Under the pieces are notes generated by a model. That model searched no databases. It was not told the DNA's origin and worked only from the letters and a program-made list of their open reading frames with translations. The position numbers and the translations under genes were made by a program. Shown here piece by piece: positions 25,721 through 39,330 of a DNA stretch of 64,000 bases (position 1 is its first letter; the number at the start of each line of letters is the position of its first letter). Origin of the DNA: Camelus ferus (lineage: Eukaryota); contig NC_045707.1 of the NCBI RefSeq assembly GCF_009834535.1, positions 59,026,001-59,090,000 of the forward strand, in the 5' to 3' direction.

Positions 25721-26845
25721 TTAAATACGTGTTTTAATGTTTTCTGTTAAAATGTTTTAGAGTGACTCTACAAATGTTTTTCCTTCACAGCAAATTTATA
25801 AATATCTCAGGTGAACCAATCTTTGGGAATTATAAGGAAAATATTTCTCTTATAATCTGCAAGGCATCTACTGCAATAATTGATGCTTTATATAACCACT
25901 TCTTAAATTCAATTACAATTTCATTGTTTAATTTTCTTTTGTTATGGTTATTAACCTGGGTTTCTTTTTTTAATATACACACATTTATATGTACATATTG
26001 GAAGTTAAAAATGATTTCTAGTCCACAAGTTGAAATGTGTAAGGAATATTTCTTTTCAAAGTTTTGCCACTGAGTGCCCTTTGGGACACAGCTGCGTCTG
26101 GTTTAGGGGACCCATCACGACTTGAATGTTTGCCTCTTTGCCCATGGCGTGATCTCCTTCATCTAGTATTGCTAGAAGAAATTGGTTGGTTTGCTCCTAT
26201 TAGTTACCCTACAGCTGTGCCAACCCCACGCACAGTAGGCTTTATCAGTCTTTGCTTGTTTCTCAAGCAGAAAAAATGTATCACTTCCTCATATGTCACT
26301 TTACGACAATCTAGCCCCTGCACACACACTCCAGAGTTGAGTGGAACCCAATGCTATCACCATGAATACACACTGGGACCTGTATTGCCATTTTCTTGCA
26401 CACAAATCTTCTAATTCCCTTCAGCACCATATTTCAAAGGATAAGTTTTATCAACATCTTCTAAAGAGTCACACACTATGGATAATCTCTTCCTCATTAC
26501 ATCTTTAGTTTGGTGCACCAACTCTGTCAAAGGTGCTTATTTAAATTTTGTTTCTTCTGGCTTTTTGTAACAATCCATCAATGTTCCCATGGAGCAACAT
26601 TTAGTGCCTTTTTAGATTATTAGTAATAATATGAATGCCAAGTTCCTCTGGTTAGCCCATGTTTATCTTATTCTTACTTCCATGGTTTGTGGTTGCTTCT
26701 ATGTTTTACATATATATATATAAATACATATATTTAAATCATATCACATCCCTGCAAAAACCAAATTTCATTCCTTGCCTACATCACTGAATATGCTTAC
26801 TACCCTCACTTGAACAGGGCAAGATGTGCTGTTCCTACAGTCTTT

Positions 26846-27658
26846 TTTTTTTTTTTAACATTTTTTATTGATTTATAATCATTTTACAATGTTGTGTCAA
26901 ATTCCATTGTTCAGCACAATTTTTCAGTTATTCATGGACATATACACACTCATTGTCACATATTTTTCTCTGTGAGTTATCATAACATTTTGTGTATATT
27001 TCCCTGTGCTATACAGTGTAGTCTATTCTACAATTTTGAAATCCCAGTCTATCCCTTCCCACCCTCCACCCCCCTGGTAACCACAAGTCTGTATTCTCTG
27101 TCTGTGAGTCTATTTCTGTCCTTTATTTACGCTTTGTTTTTGTTTGTTCGTTTGTTTTTGTTTTTTAGATTCCACATATGAGCGATCTCATATGGTATTT
27201 TTCTTTCTCTTTCTGGCTTACTTCACTTAGAATGACATTCTCCAGGAGCATCCATGTTGCTGCAAATGGCATTATGTTGTCGGTTTTTATGGCTGAGTAG
27301 TATTCCATTGTATAAATATACCACATCTTCTTTATCCAGTCACCTGTTAATGGACATTTAGGCTGTTTCCATGTTTTGGCTATTGTAAATAGTGCTGCTA
27401 TGAACACTGGGGTGCAGGTGTCATCCTGAAGTAGATTTCCTTCTGGATACAAGCCCAGGAGTGGGATTCCTGGGTCATATGGTAAGTCTATTCCTAGTCT
27501 TTTGAGGAATCTCCATACTGTTTTCCACAGTGGCTGCACCAAACTGCATTCCCACCAGCAGTGTAGGAGGGTTCCCCTTTCTCCATAGCCTCTCCAGCAT
27601 TTGTCATTTGTGGATTTTTAAATGACGGCCATTCTGACTGGTGTGAGGTGATACCTCA
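26846..27658 (-). mobile_element. Young 5'-truncated L1 (ORF2 C-terminus, 3'UTR, poly-A) with TSD
   Basis: ORF 27165..27542 [15 protein letters not shown]...KYHMRSLICGI*. Poly-T at 26843-26856; TSD ttc(c/a)tacagtcttt at 26832-26845 and 27659-27672. Confidence 0.97.
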
Positions 27659-28229
27659 TTCATACAGTCTTTAATTCACTTAAAACATTAAATGATTGAA
27701 CAGGGCTTCACTAATGCTGTTTTCACGGAATAGCTTTTGGACTTTCGAGTACTCCTCTAAAGAGCCAAATTGTTTCCAGAGCTGTGAGGTCAGACCTATT
27801 CTTCATACCGGTCTATGAAACTTACTTACAGATAGAACTGAGAGATTTTTATAGCATGCTTTACTTTTTATTGTATAGCAAATACTTCATTTTCTCTCTC
27901 ACATTATTTTCTCAAGAAGTACCGTGAATCCGGAACGATACAAGAATTAGGAAGTAAGGATAGAGACATACAAACTAAACATCCATGTAATGAAATAACT
28001 AACCCAGAAGGAGGACTTCAGCCAAGATTTTTCTGGGGATGAACATTTCAAAATGGTAGCATAGACTGGTAGGCTATACGATGATAAAGGAAAAAAGATG
28101 AAAAACGTTAAGCAGTTTTTCTCCTTCTTTTATCCACTCTGCTCTGAAAATTTTCAGACAATGGAAGATATGTAAACAACATTTTGAACACAGCCACCAG
28201 TTTAAGTATAGCGTATAATTCCCTCATTC

Positions 28230-31200
28230 TACACTCATCATCTTCAGAGGGAAACATCAACTTAAATTTTTAATCTGTTATTCTCTTACCAACCATAAAA
28301 AATACTATTTTTATTCAATATAGTTTGTGAAATACATCATCAGTTAATATATGTGACTCTAGGTAATTTATGTGCACTGCTACAAAGTATTACGTTATGT
28401 AAATATGCCACATTTATTTATGACTATTTTAACATTGCTACTATGCATGGCTGTCTCCTTGTGTAAAGAGTTTCTCTAAACGAATTTCATAGGCTAAATT
28501 CATTTTTTATTTGCCAGACGGTATACAGTCAACTTTTTCTCAAAGGAGGCTATACCAGTTAAGATTCCTGTCAGCAGTGCAGTTTTCATTAATCTATCAT
28601 TTTGAATCACTAGAGTATTTATTTTGGCCAATTTTCTGTAAAATCATATACAATTACGGTTTCAATTTGGATTCCCTTTATTACTGATGCAATAAATAAT
28701 CTTATAATTTGGGTTTGGGTGTTATCTCTTCTATCAAAATGCGTATTTTGCCCACCTTTCTACTAACCTCTTTTACTATGATTAATTCGGACACGTTTTC
28801 ACTAATCTTTCGTCAGCTACATGTACTATAACACCTTTTCTCTGTGTCTGCCTTGTATTTGTCCCATTTCATGAAGAGAAGTTTTTAATCTTAATGTACA
28901 AATATTTTTACTGTTATTAAAGATTAAGTTTAATCTTTTCTTTCGTGGTTACTGCTTTTTGTATCTTAAGAAATCCTTTCTAACAAAAGCCATTGTGATA
29001 TTTTTCCATAAACTTTGGTTTTCACACTTATATTTTTAATCAAACTGCAATTTGTGTGTATGCTGTAAGGTAGGATGTTAACTGTATTTTCTTTTCCTTA
29101 TGATTAACCATTTGACTAACATCCACTTTTTACTAAACAGTCCATCCTTTCTTCTTCATCTGCAGTGCCTCTGTGTCATAAATCAAGTGTTCATAGATGC
29201 ATGTGTAAGGCTGACTCATAATAAGTCTTGATATTTTATAATAAACATGTAATAATACATCTTGATAACTAAAAATTCTCATTAGCTTTTATTCTTTTTC
29301 AAGATTGAGTTATCTCTTCTTGGCCATCTGCTCCTCTAAATATATGTACATATTCAATTTAGCTTCTCAAGCCCATGCAAAAACCCACCTCAGACTTTTG
29401 ACTTGTATTGCACTGAAGAAATAATTGTCATCTTTAAGATAATGAGTTCTGCTACCCACTGAAGTGGTCTCTCCACTTTTTTAAAAGGTATTTTTTAATA
29501 ACTTTAAATAAAGTGTTATTTTCCATATATCTCAAACATCATTTGCATCTATCTAGGTATTTTATATTTTTGTTATTAGTGTAAGTGAAATTTACAAATT
29601 ATATTTTCTAAAAGTTATGTAGAAAGGGTGTTGATTCTTCTTTACCAACCTTATACATAGTCATTTGCTATATTCCTATTCTTCTAATGTTCCTTCTAGG
29701 TTCTTTTGAGACTTTCATGTGATTACAAATAATCTGAGGATGATTACAGTTTTTCTTCATTTGTAATCTTTACCTTCGTTCTCTATCCCACCTTTATTTT
29801 TGTGTGCAAATAGATAGAATTAAAGTGGAGACAATACATCTCATTGTCCTAATCTTGATTTTAAATGAAATGCTTATAAAATTTTCCAGTGACATTTTTT
29901 AATATTAATTCTCTTTATGAGAGTAAGGGATTTATAATCTCTTCCCAGTTTAACAGAATTTTATTATAATTTTTATCATTAATGATTAAGTATTAATGAG
30001 TATAAAATTTTACCAAATATTTTTCATCAGTCTATTGAGATGGCCATATTGTTATTTGCTTCAATGTCAATGTGGCAAATTAAACTGACATATTTTCTAA
30101 TGTTAAACCATTTCTGCATTTTTGGGATAAACCCATCTATGTCTGATACACTGATCTCTTTTACATGTTGTCAGAAAGAATTTAATAATACTCATTTCAA
30201 AACTCTAATTGGAAAAGATACGTACACCCCAATATTCATAGCAGCACTATTAACAACAGGCAAGACATGGAAGCAACCCAAGTGCCCATCAACAGATGAA
30301 TGGATAAAGAAGACATAGTATGTATATACATGCATACATATATAATGGAATGTTATTATTAATTGTTATATATCCTATATAAGCAAGAAAGATTTACTGT
30401 ATAGCACAGGGAACTATATTCAATATCTTGTAATAACCTATAATATAACCTGAAAAAATACATACATACATATATAACACAATATTGTAAATCAACTATA
30501 CTTCAAAGAAAAAAATATTTGTTAAAACAAAATCAAAATATAATAATACTAATTTCAGATTTTTGTATGTTTTTACAAGTTAGATTTACTTATAATTTTC
30601 TTCACATGGTCTTAGCTTCTTAAGTTATCAAGATCACAACAGTTGCTATTAAGATGAATTTGCGACTATTACTTCTCCTTAGCTAATCTACACTATTGGG
30701 CCTCTCTTTATTTTGGACATTTGTTAGAATTCATTTATAAAATAATGCCAGCCTAGTAATTTAATATTTATATTTGATGGGTATATATACAGCTATGAAT
30801 TAATCTGATTAAATTTCCTTAATGATCAAAAATACACCGAAACTTTCTATTTCTTTTGAATCACTATTACACAAGTTACTTTTTTTGTTTTAGGAAATTT
30901 ACCATTTTATATGTTTTAAACTTTAATGGCCTAAAGTTTTTCTTAATGTTTGCTTTAACATTTTTACTTTCTATCTGTAATTCTATATCACTTTTCATTT
31001 TTAGTAATATTTATTCATATCTTTTCTCTTTTCTCCACAATTCTTCCTGCCAAAATCCATCTGTCATATGTTTTTTAAATTTTTTAACAAATTTATGGCT
31101 TTATTGGTCTTCTCTACTATTTGCTTTTATCTTTACTTTTCCATTTCCTCTATTTTATTTAGCTATATTTTCTTGTTCTGTTTCTGAGTTCTTTGGTTGG

Positions 31201-31900
31201 ATGCTTGCCTGATAATTTTATACAATCCAAGTAGTTAGATGTGTGTATTCCTTCACATACCACTTCACCTATTTTTCATAGGTGTGACATTGTATGTTGT
31301 AGAATTCAACTTATTTTTCTAATTTCTATAATACTGTTTCTTCGTAGTAAGTTTTAAAAATTTCCAGTTTCTCTTTTTAGTTTCTTCTGTTATTGGCATC
31401 TAAACTGCTGCACATGTTGAGAGGATAAGTCAGTTTTACCTGAAGCGGCGAGGACTGTATTTTCTTAATTGTTGGATACTTTTCTTTTTTGTTGTTGTAA
31501 TTTGTAATATTCTGTATCATTTTTTCAGATTAATTTTTTCAGTTCACTAAATCCGTTTTCAGCTGGGTCTCATGTATTTTAAGTTATCCATTAAGTTTTA
31601 ACTTTAAAAGTTACAGTTTTCATTGCTACAAATTCTCTTTTGTTCTTTTCAGATTCACCTTGCTTACATCTGTAATTTCTTTTTTCTGTATATATTTAGT
31701 ATATGATTTATACTTTTTTTATGATATTTCAAATTACATGACATTCTTGTAAGTTTAACTCTATCGTCTGTTGCTTCTGACGATTTCATTCACAGTAGGT
31801 TACTTTTCTGTGTTCTGTAATTCTTGTTTGTGAATCCATGTTTCATGAGACTTTTAACTGTATAAATTCTTTGAGATTTGGCATGAAGTTGTGCGCCTTG
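28230..31900 (-). mobile_element. Long, heavily degraded ancient L1 (L1M/L1ME-type) region
   Basis: T-rich plus strand with L1 antisense phrases such as 'gagaagtttttaatcttaatgta' and 'ttttctaatgttaaaccatttctgcatttttgggataaaccca'. Boundaries uncertain. Confidence 0.7.
30200..30540 (+). mobile_element. Younger L1 3' fragment with an internal deletion, nested in the old L1
   Basis: Translates KDTYTPIFIAALLTTGKTWKQPKCPSTDEWIKK, then jumps to the distal 3'UTR. TSD taataatact(c/a)atttca at 30183-30199 and 30541-30557. Confidence 0.9.
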
Positions 31901-32857
31901 AGAAAGGACTTGCTTTTCCTCCTGCCACATCTCTGGGGGCTAACAACTTGTGACCACTGCAATTTATTCATTTTTTCCCTTCATTTTCTGTACTTTGTAG
32001 GTAATATAAATGCAACCATCAAATTTACAGAAGAGCCATGTCTATGGATTTTAATTATCAGGCACTTCCTCTTTTCCATCTTGCAAATCAACACAAACTT
32101 GTTTTCCTATCACCTCCTTAGGGCAAAAAATATTTTTTTCTTCAGTCCTTAGAACAATAAATAGATTTTTCTTCAGTCTTCCTTTACATTGTAGGTGTCT
32201 TGAAAGGGTTTCAGGTTCGTGTGGAGCCCTCAGTTCTTTACCCTCCTTGCATAAGCTCAAGGGTTTTTGGTTGCTCCTGTTATTTTGTTTGTCTGTTACT
32301 CTAAGTAGCTTCTGTAGTCTTAGGTTCTAGGTTTCTACGACATGTGAAGGCCCTTGGGGCAGATGTAAGCTTCCTAACTCTTGTTTGATGTTAGACCCTG
32401 GGTATTTCTTTCACTTTCACATGAACTCAGCTGTGCATGTGAAAGCGTGTCTGTTATATTTTTGCAGAGTGTGACTAGAGTGTCCTCAGGCTGAGGAATA
32501 GAAAGGGTGGAATTATAAGCAAGCAGTGAGTTCTTACTTGACTGCTAATGTCATAAGCTGCTTGCAGATTCTATGAATGTTTAAATGTTTAAACTGACTT
32601 TCTCATATGAAATATTTCTGTATGTTCTTCAGAAATCCTCCTTTGCTGGGGCCATCTTCTCTGCATTTTCCCTGATACAGCTGATACACTGTCGGCTCAT
32701 TCCTTAGTGTCTCTACAGTCGTAGATATCCAGCAATGTTAGGGAGATTTCTTCCTCTGTGTAAATGCTGTCCTCACTTACATAGCTACAACTGCTCTATG
32801 CGTTATTTTCCATAACCTTGTAATAATTGCTTCTGCCACCAAATCAGCCATCTCTGG

Positions 32858-33620
32858 TTTTTTTTTAAAGTATCATTTTTTCCTATTTTTTTTAATTAAA
32901 ATCTAGTTGATTTACAATATTATATTCGTTTCAGCTGTACAGGAAAGTGATTCAGTCATATTTTTCATATTATTTTCTAAGTTACTAAAAGATATTGAAT
33001 ATTATTCCTCATGTTATGCAGTAAATTCTTACTGCTTATCTATTTTACGTGTAGTGGTTTGTATGTGTTAATATCATACTCTTAATTTATCCCTTCCTCT
33101 TTGGTAAACCATAAATTTGTTGTCTGTGTCTGTGAGTCTATTTCTCTTTTGTATATGGAATTATTTCTGTTATTTTTCAGATGCCACATAAAAGTGATAT
33201 CACATAATACTTGTCTTTCTCTGTCTGACTTCCTTCACTTAGTGTGCTATTCTCTAGATGCTTCCATGTTGCTACAAATGGCAACATTTCATTCCTTTTC
33301 AAAGCAATTTTGAGGACAAAGAACAGAGCTGGAGACATAATTCTCCCAGACTTTGGACAATAGGACAAAGCTCCAGTAATCAAAATAGTGTGGTACTGTC
33401 ACAAAAACAGACATGTAGATCAGTGGAACAGAATAGAGAGCCCAGAAATAAACCCATACACCTATGGTCAATTAATCTATGACAAAGGAGGCAAACATAC
33501 ACAATGGAGAAAAGCCAGCCTCTTAAGCGAGTGGCACTGGGGAAGCTGGACAGCCTCACGTCAATCAATGAACTTAGAACACTGCCTCACACTACACACA
33601 AAAATAAACTCAAAATGGCA
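32858..33620 (-). mobile_element. 5'-inverted L1: 3' end on minus (32858-33300) plus inverted ORF2 segment on plus (33301-33620)
   Basis: Minus ORF ...KRNEMLPFVATWKHLE...ISLLCGI* abuts plus [25 protein letters not shown]...HTKINSKW. Confidence 0.9.
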
Positions 33621-33639
33621 AGTCAGAACCATCTCACGA

Positions 33640-33980
33640 CTTCTCAATTGCCAGTGCGTCTGAATAGGACATATTTCTCCGAGATACCTGCCTAGTTTCT
33701 TCCAACATTTCTTCAGGTTCATGTTAAAAGAGGAGCATCACTTTCACAGTCTTCCCTGACCATACTGTTTAAAATAGATCCCCCTACTATTCTTACTCTA
33801 ATGCCCAGCTTGATTTTTCTTCATAGTAGTTCATTACTACATTAGCTTATGTTATATTCATTTATTTTTTTATTATTATGTATGGTCCTCAATAGAACGT
33901 GAGCTCCACAAGAAGAGGCTGCTATGGACAGTACCTGAAATAGGGAATGGAACCTAACACATGTTCAATATATTTTTGTG
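33640..33980 (+). mobile_element. L2 3' region
   Basis: 'cttccctgaccatactgtttaaaatag...tagaacgtgagctccacaagaagagg'. Confidence 0.65.
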
Positions 33981-33987
33981 GTGGTTG

Positions 33988-34573
33988 TTTTTTTTTTTAT
34001 TGAGATACGGTCATATGACATTGTATTAGTTTAGGTATACAATATAATGATTTGATACGTGTATTTACTGCAAAATGATTATCACAATAAGTTCAGTTAA
34101 CATCCATCACCACACAGTTGTATTTTTTTTCTTGTGATGAGAATGTTTAAAAATTACTCTTAGCAACGTTCAAATACACAATGCAGTATTATTAACTATA
34201 GTCACCATGAAGTGCATTACATCCCTAGGACTTATTTATTTTTAAGATTGGAAATTTATACCTTCTAATCACCATCAACCCATTTCACCCACCTCCCACC
34301 CCTTCCTCTGGCAATCACCTATCTGTTCTCTGCATCTCTGAGTTCAGTTTATTGTTTTGTTGTTTCTTTAGATTCCACATATAAGTGAAATCATATGATA
34401 TTTGTCTTTCTCTGTCTGACTTATTTCACTTAATAAAATAGCCTCACGTTCCATCCATGTTGTCAAAAATGGCAGGATATCCTTCTTTTTAGTGGCTGAA
34501 TAATATTCCATTTTATATATGTACCACATTTTCCTTATCCATCCATCCACTTAGGATGGCCACTTAGGTTGCT
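33988..34573 (-). mobile_element. L1 3' end (L1MA9-like)
   Basis: ORF 34368..34550 WIRKMWYIYKMEYYSA...KYHMISLICGI*, followed by 3'UTR and poly-T. Confidence 0.92.
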
Positions 34574-34778
34574 CTATTGGTTACTTAGCAAGAATTAAAA
34601 ACATTTCAGTGAATAATGCACAGCCAATGTGAAGAGTATGAGGTGGCAGTGGTGGCGATTGTGATTCATGAGCCTATGGTCAGTTCACATGAATTCAAAA
34701 ATATGAACTTTGGACACAGTCTCCTCCTTAACTTTTAATAAGATCTAAAATAAGGCAAAGAAGAAAACCTTTCACTTC

Positions 34779-35235
34779 TGTGATGTTTAATTTTGTCAAC
34801 TTGGCTACGTCATGGTGCCTAGATATTTGGTTAAACATTATTCTAGATGTTTCTGTAAGTGATTTTTTTGGATGAAATTAACATTTAAATTTGTACACTT
34901 TGAGTAATCAAATTACTCTCCATAATGTGGGTGGGACTCATCCAATCAGTTGAAGATTATAATAGAACAAAGACTGACTTCCTCACAAAAAGAAAGAATT
35001 TTTCCAGTACACTGCCTTTGGACTTGAACTGCACATTGGCTGTTTCTTGGGTCTCCAAACTCCTTGATCACCCAGGAGATTTTTGACTTGCCAGCCTTCA
35101 TAATCACATGAGCCAAAACTTTAAAATAAATTTCTCTCTCTCTAGATAGACAGATACATAGGCAGGCAGATACAGATATACACATATACAGACACATATA
35201 CAGATATGTGTATATGTATATATATGTGACCAATA
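34779..35235 (+). mobile_element. MLT2 (ERVL) LTR, MLT2C/D-like, ending in a low-complexity tract
   Basis: 'tgtgatgtttaattttgtcaacttggcta...ctccataatgtgggtgggactcatccaatcagttgaag...cataatcacatgagccaa'. Confidence 0.88.
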
Positions 35236-38200
35236 TAGCTTTCAAAATGGAACATCAATTTAAATATCTAGAATTAACATTTAAGACAAAAATTTCATAT
35301 ATTTATGCTCTGTAGCTTACGTAAGACTTAAATACTTTTGAAAGGACTGCAAATGACAAAACAAATTAAGGGGAAAGATAAAAGAATCAAACTAGGCAAT
35401 AAAAATAAGCCTATTCAATTATGCAGATTAAAAAGTCTATATACTGAAACTCTGACTTTTTAATGTAACCTTTTTCTTGCCCTAAAATAATGTATTTCGC
35501 AATGATGTAATAACAGTAGCAGCTGCACTTCAGTATTATATGTTATTACCTGGTCTAGGAACATGGTCCTAAGTGGCCTAGAGAGTCTGCTACAAAGAAC
35601 AGCAAATGAGAGAGAGAGTATGTCTCCTTCAGTTGAAGGTAAAATGGCCTTGACCTTCCAAATACAGCAGGAATTCATGGAATGAAGATGATAGTCACAG
35701 AAACAATGGGAAGCAAGATGGCTGGATCTGCCGAGCAGATGTTGAATAATCTTATTTATTCCTTTCCACTTTCAGAGGAGGTAGAGGGCAGAAATGTGCA
35801 AGGATGAGATCTACCCTTAAAGTCTAGGATTTGCTCGGTGCCCTGCATCCCACAAAGGCTGTCATGAGCAGTAAAGGGAAAGCTGCCCAGGGAGTGAGCT
35901 CACCCCATAGTAAATGTGACCCAAGCAATGTCTTAAATTCTCATCAGTTCATTAAAAAGTTTCTCCTCTCTTGAGGGTGAGCTAGGAAAACAAAAAGTAT
36001 TCTTTTCCACAGAATGTACATGGGTGAGAATACAAAGAGGAAAGCAACAAACAAATACAAAAATATGGAAATTCCCCATATTCACAAGGAATAAGGAGAA
36101 AAAAATACAGTAAGTTGTCAGGGAGGTAGGAGATGGACCAGGAATATTGTGCCTTGGAGCAAGAGAGAGTTTAATGAAGAAGAAATGATTAATAGTCAAG
36201 AATGTTGCTGAAAGGTTGAAGATAATGAGAAAAGGTCAGTCCACTGAATTGGTAATTATATGTCTCAATTTTATGACCCATGAAGGGTCATAACATTCAT
36301 TTAACTTCTGAGACCACCAGGTAAATTCTAAATAATTCTATAACATGTGATACCTAGCATGGTATTTATTTATTTACCACATTTCTGAAATAAATTCACA
36401 TTCAGTAAGCCTACCCATGAGAGAAAAACTGATTGTGCTAACATGACACGAAGATTGAGGTTTTTAAGAACTGTATTTGTATTCTGACTTCCCACAAACC
36501 TTTTTTATTACTTTATATTAATGAGATTTTCCATCTTATTTCTTCCTGGCCAGAAATTCCTAGTTAATCTCAAATGAAATACATAAAGGTTAAGAGGAGG
36601 TTGCTTCTTTCAGAAGGCTTTACCTGAGCTTCTGTACTCACACAACACTTTGGTCTTAAATCAACTAGAATTTAAGTATTCTCCCAAACCAGACAGTCTG
36701 TTGTCTATTTTTGGACTGAGAATTTAGCAATGTTCCTGATATACAGTAATTAAGTAATAAACATTTATTGAATAAATAAAAGAATGAATGATGATCAAGT
36801 CCTTGAGAAAAGAAACATAAAGCATGCCACCTTGGTTCCAGTTTGACTCTAGCTTGGGGCACCAAACTAGACGAGAAATTCACAGGGCAGAATATTTATA
36901 TAAAAATAATACAAATTGAACAGAGGGATCCAGAATCAATATTTAACAGAATAGGAATGTGGTTAGTCAGGGAAGACTTCCTGAGGGAAGCCAATTGCAA
37001 ACCTAACCATAGAGATTACATAGACTCTCAGGCATAGAACGGAAGTATGTGTGTGAGCGTGTACCTCTGGGAATAAGGAAACCATTCAAGGCTGGAGAAT
37101 GAGGAGCAGAATCTCAAAGCCAGTTTCTACCAAGAAAGTTATGTAGGGAAAAGCCAGCCAATCTACTTGAATGGATTGAAGAGGGCTTGTTTGCTGGTGC
37201 AGCAGAGGCAAAGATCAGTGGGAGAGGACCACTGAGGATGCCAGGCTGAAGAGGTGGGATTTAATATGGCAGACACCAGGGTGCTCTGCCCTAAGGGTCC
37301 TTAAGTAGGAACGACATGATGAACATGGTGCTTGAGAAAGATTATTCTTGCAACAGGGGGTTAATAGCCTAATACTGGAAAGGGGAACATTTACACCTAA
37401 CACATTCACCAAAACATTACACTCTGCTACCCTAACAGGCCTCCGTGACTGCAAAAGACTATTTGTGAAAAAGGCCCTGCGCTTCCGGTGGCATATTTCA
37501 TTCATGGTCTTTGCCAAGGGATTTCTTGTCCCTTTCTTTTCTCTTATCTTTGTCCTTTAACAAATGCCCCGCCACTGGCAAAGATAGGATCCCAATCATT
37601 TGTTTTCTGCTGCCTGTGGCAGACTGATGAAAACAGCTGCATTTTAAGCTACATCTCTGTGTTTCCTTGGCGGTGACTTCAGCTGTGACAGGGGCATTAA
37701 CCTTAGGGGTGAGGAAACAATTCTTACTTCATGCTTCCTCAGTTCAGAGCTTCCCCTCAGCAGGGAGAAAGCAAATCACGTACATTATTTGAAGCAATTT
37801 TGTGATTTATCCACTGGGTACTGACCTACAATCAAGTGAACTTTGCTTAAAACCTCGGAATGGATTTTTAACTACTGCTGTGGGGCGAAGGGAGACATAT
37901 TCATGCAGCCACCTTCTCAAAAGCAAACTTCTCCAAAAAAAAAAAAACTGTCCGAAAAGCCAGAGTGCACAGCATCTTTAACCTTAAATTGCCTTCTACC
38001 TAGTTTCAAAAATGAGCAAAATCTCATCTTGTTTCTTAAAAACAGGTACCAGTAGTATAATCATACCAAACGCAATGAAGATTCTGCGAATTCAGTACTC
38101 TCCAAATTTATGTCACAGACTTAAACACCACTGCTATTTTATAAATGGAGACTAAAAAATAACCAATATCAAATGATTTTTCTATGCTTGCTTTCACTTA

Positions 38201-38989
38201 CTAGAGAATCTGAACTGGAGATGATTTAAGAAATTTACACCTTGATTGTTGATTAAGTTATCAGATTAGGATTCAAACCATGGAGTTCTGTTTCACTGAC
38301 AAGTTATTTGGTTGAAAATTGATGAATCGCACTGATGAGTTTAATGATGAATCCAATTTTTATTAATACTTTTTAAGTGAGAACATATTTTATCCTACCC
38401 TGCTCTCTAAAGCAATGGTTTACTACCTTCTGGGAATGTACCAACCTAACATTCTTTGATCCCATGTCAGTCTTCAGTCTTTTACTCCTTTACCAAAAAA
38501 ATACAAAGCAAAACAAAACAAAAACAAAAATTTACTGAATTAAAAATAATTTTATTTTGAACTAAGCTTTTTTTGCTACTATGAAGATGGAGACCTTTCA
38601 GGATTTTCATCTTACAGGGTGGAATATCAGGGCCGCTGAGAAGTGGCATTGCTACTTCATAGCAAGATATTTCTGGGCAACTTGTCAGAGGCTGGCAGTT
38701 TCAGAGGGCACCATGTGGACGGGGGCCTGGCAGTCAGCAAATGAAGAGGGAAACAGGACAGTGAAAAGTGATAGCCATATAATCTAGAAGTTTTTCTCCA
38801 AATTGTCAGTGGTAAATTTTATGATCACCTGAGTGACGGGTAAAGTGCTAGGTAAATGAGACCCTAACAAGAGCAGAGAGGCTATATACATACACGGAGT
38901 ACCTCACTCTTAACAGCGCCAGAAGGAATTGTTCGTGTCCAGGAGCTCTGCTCACAGGCAGTAAGAACTGGCATGGAATCTTGGAAATA

Positions 38990-39165
38990 ATAGTAATAGG
39001 TAACAATTATTTAGTGCTTACCATCTGCCAGACAGTGTTCTAAAGGCTTCACATGGGCTATAAATTATAACCAACCCAGGAGGTAGATATTTTATCAGGA
39101 TCAGATTTCTTAGGTAAGGAAACTAGGGTACAGAAAAATTAATTAATTGACTGGCCCTAAGGTCA
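38990..39165 (-). mobile_element. MIR SINE, interrupted at its right end by L1
   Basis: 'ttatttagtgcttaccatctgccagacagtgttctaaaggcttcacatg...aggaaactagggtacaga'. Confidence 0.75.
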
Positions 39166-39270
39166 TGTGGTATTTCTCTGTCTGACTTAATTCATTTAGT
39201 GTAATACCCTCTAGATCCATCCATTTTGTCACATATGTCAAGATTTTCTAATGGCTGAGTAATATGCCAT

Positions 39271-39330
39271 TGTGTGTGTGTGTGTGTGTGTGTGTATACA
39301 CATACATACACATACACACATACATATATT
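39271..39330. repeat. (TG)n followed by (TACA)n-like microsatellite within L1
   Basis: Read directly. Confidence 0.9.

Noticed and set aside
27165..27542. 125-aa ORF as a host CDS
   Set aside because: It is the L1 ORF2 C-terminus of a truncated insertion. The same applies to ORFs at 58, 33177, 33388, 34368, 39663 and 40264.
30856..31212. Membrane-protein-like ORF
   Set aside because: T-rich antisense strand of an ancient L1.
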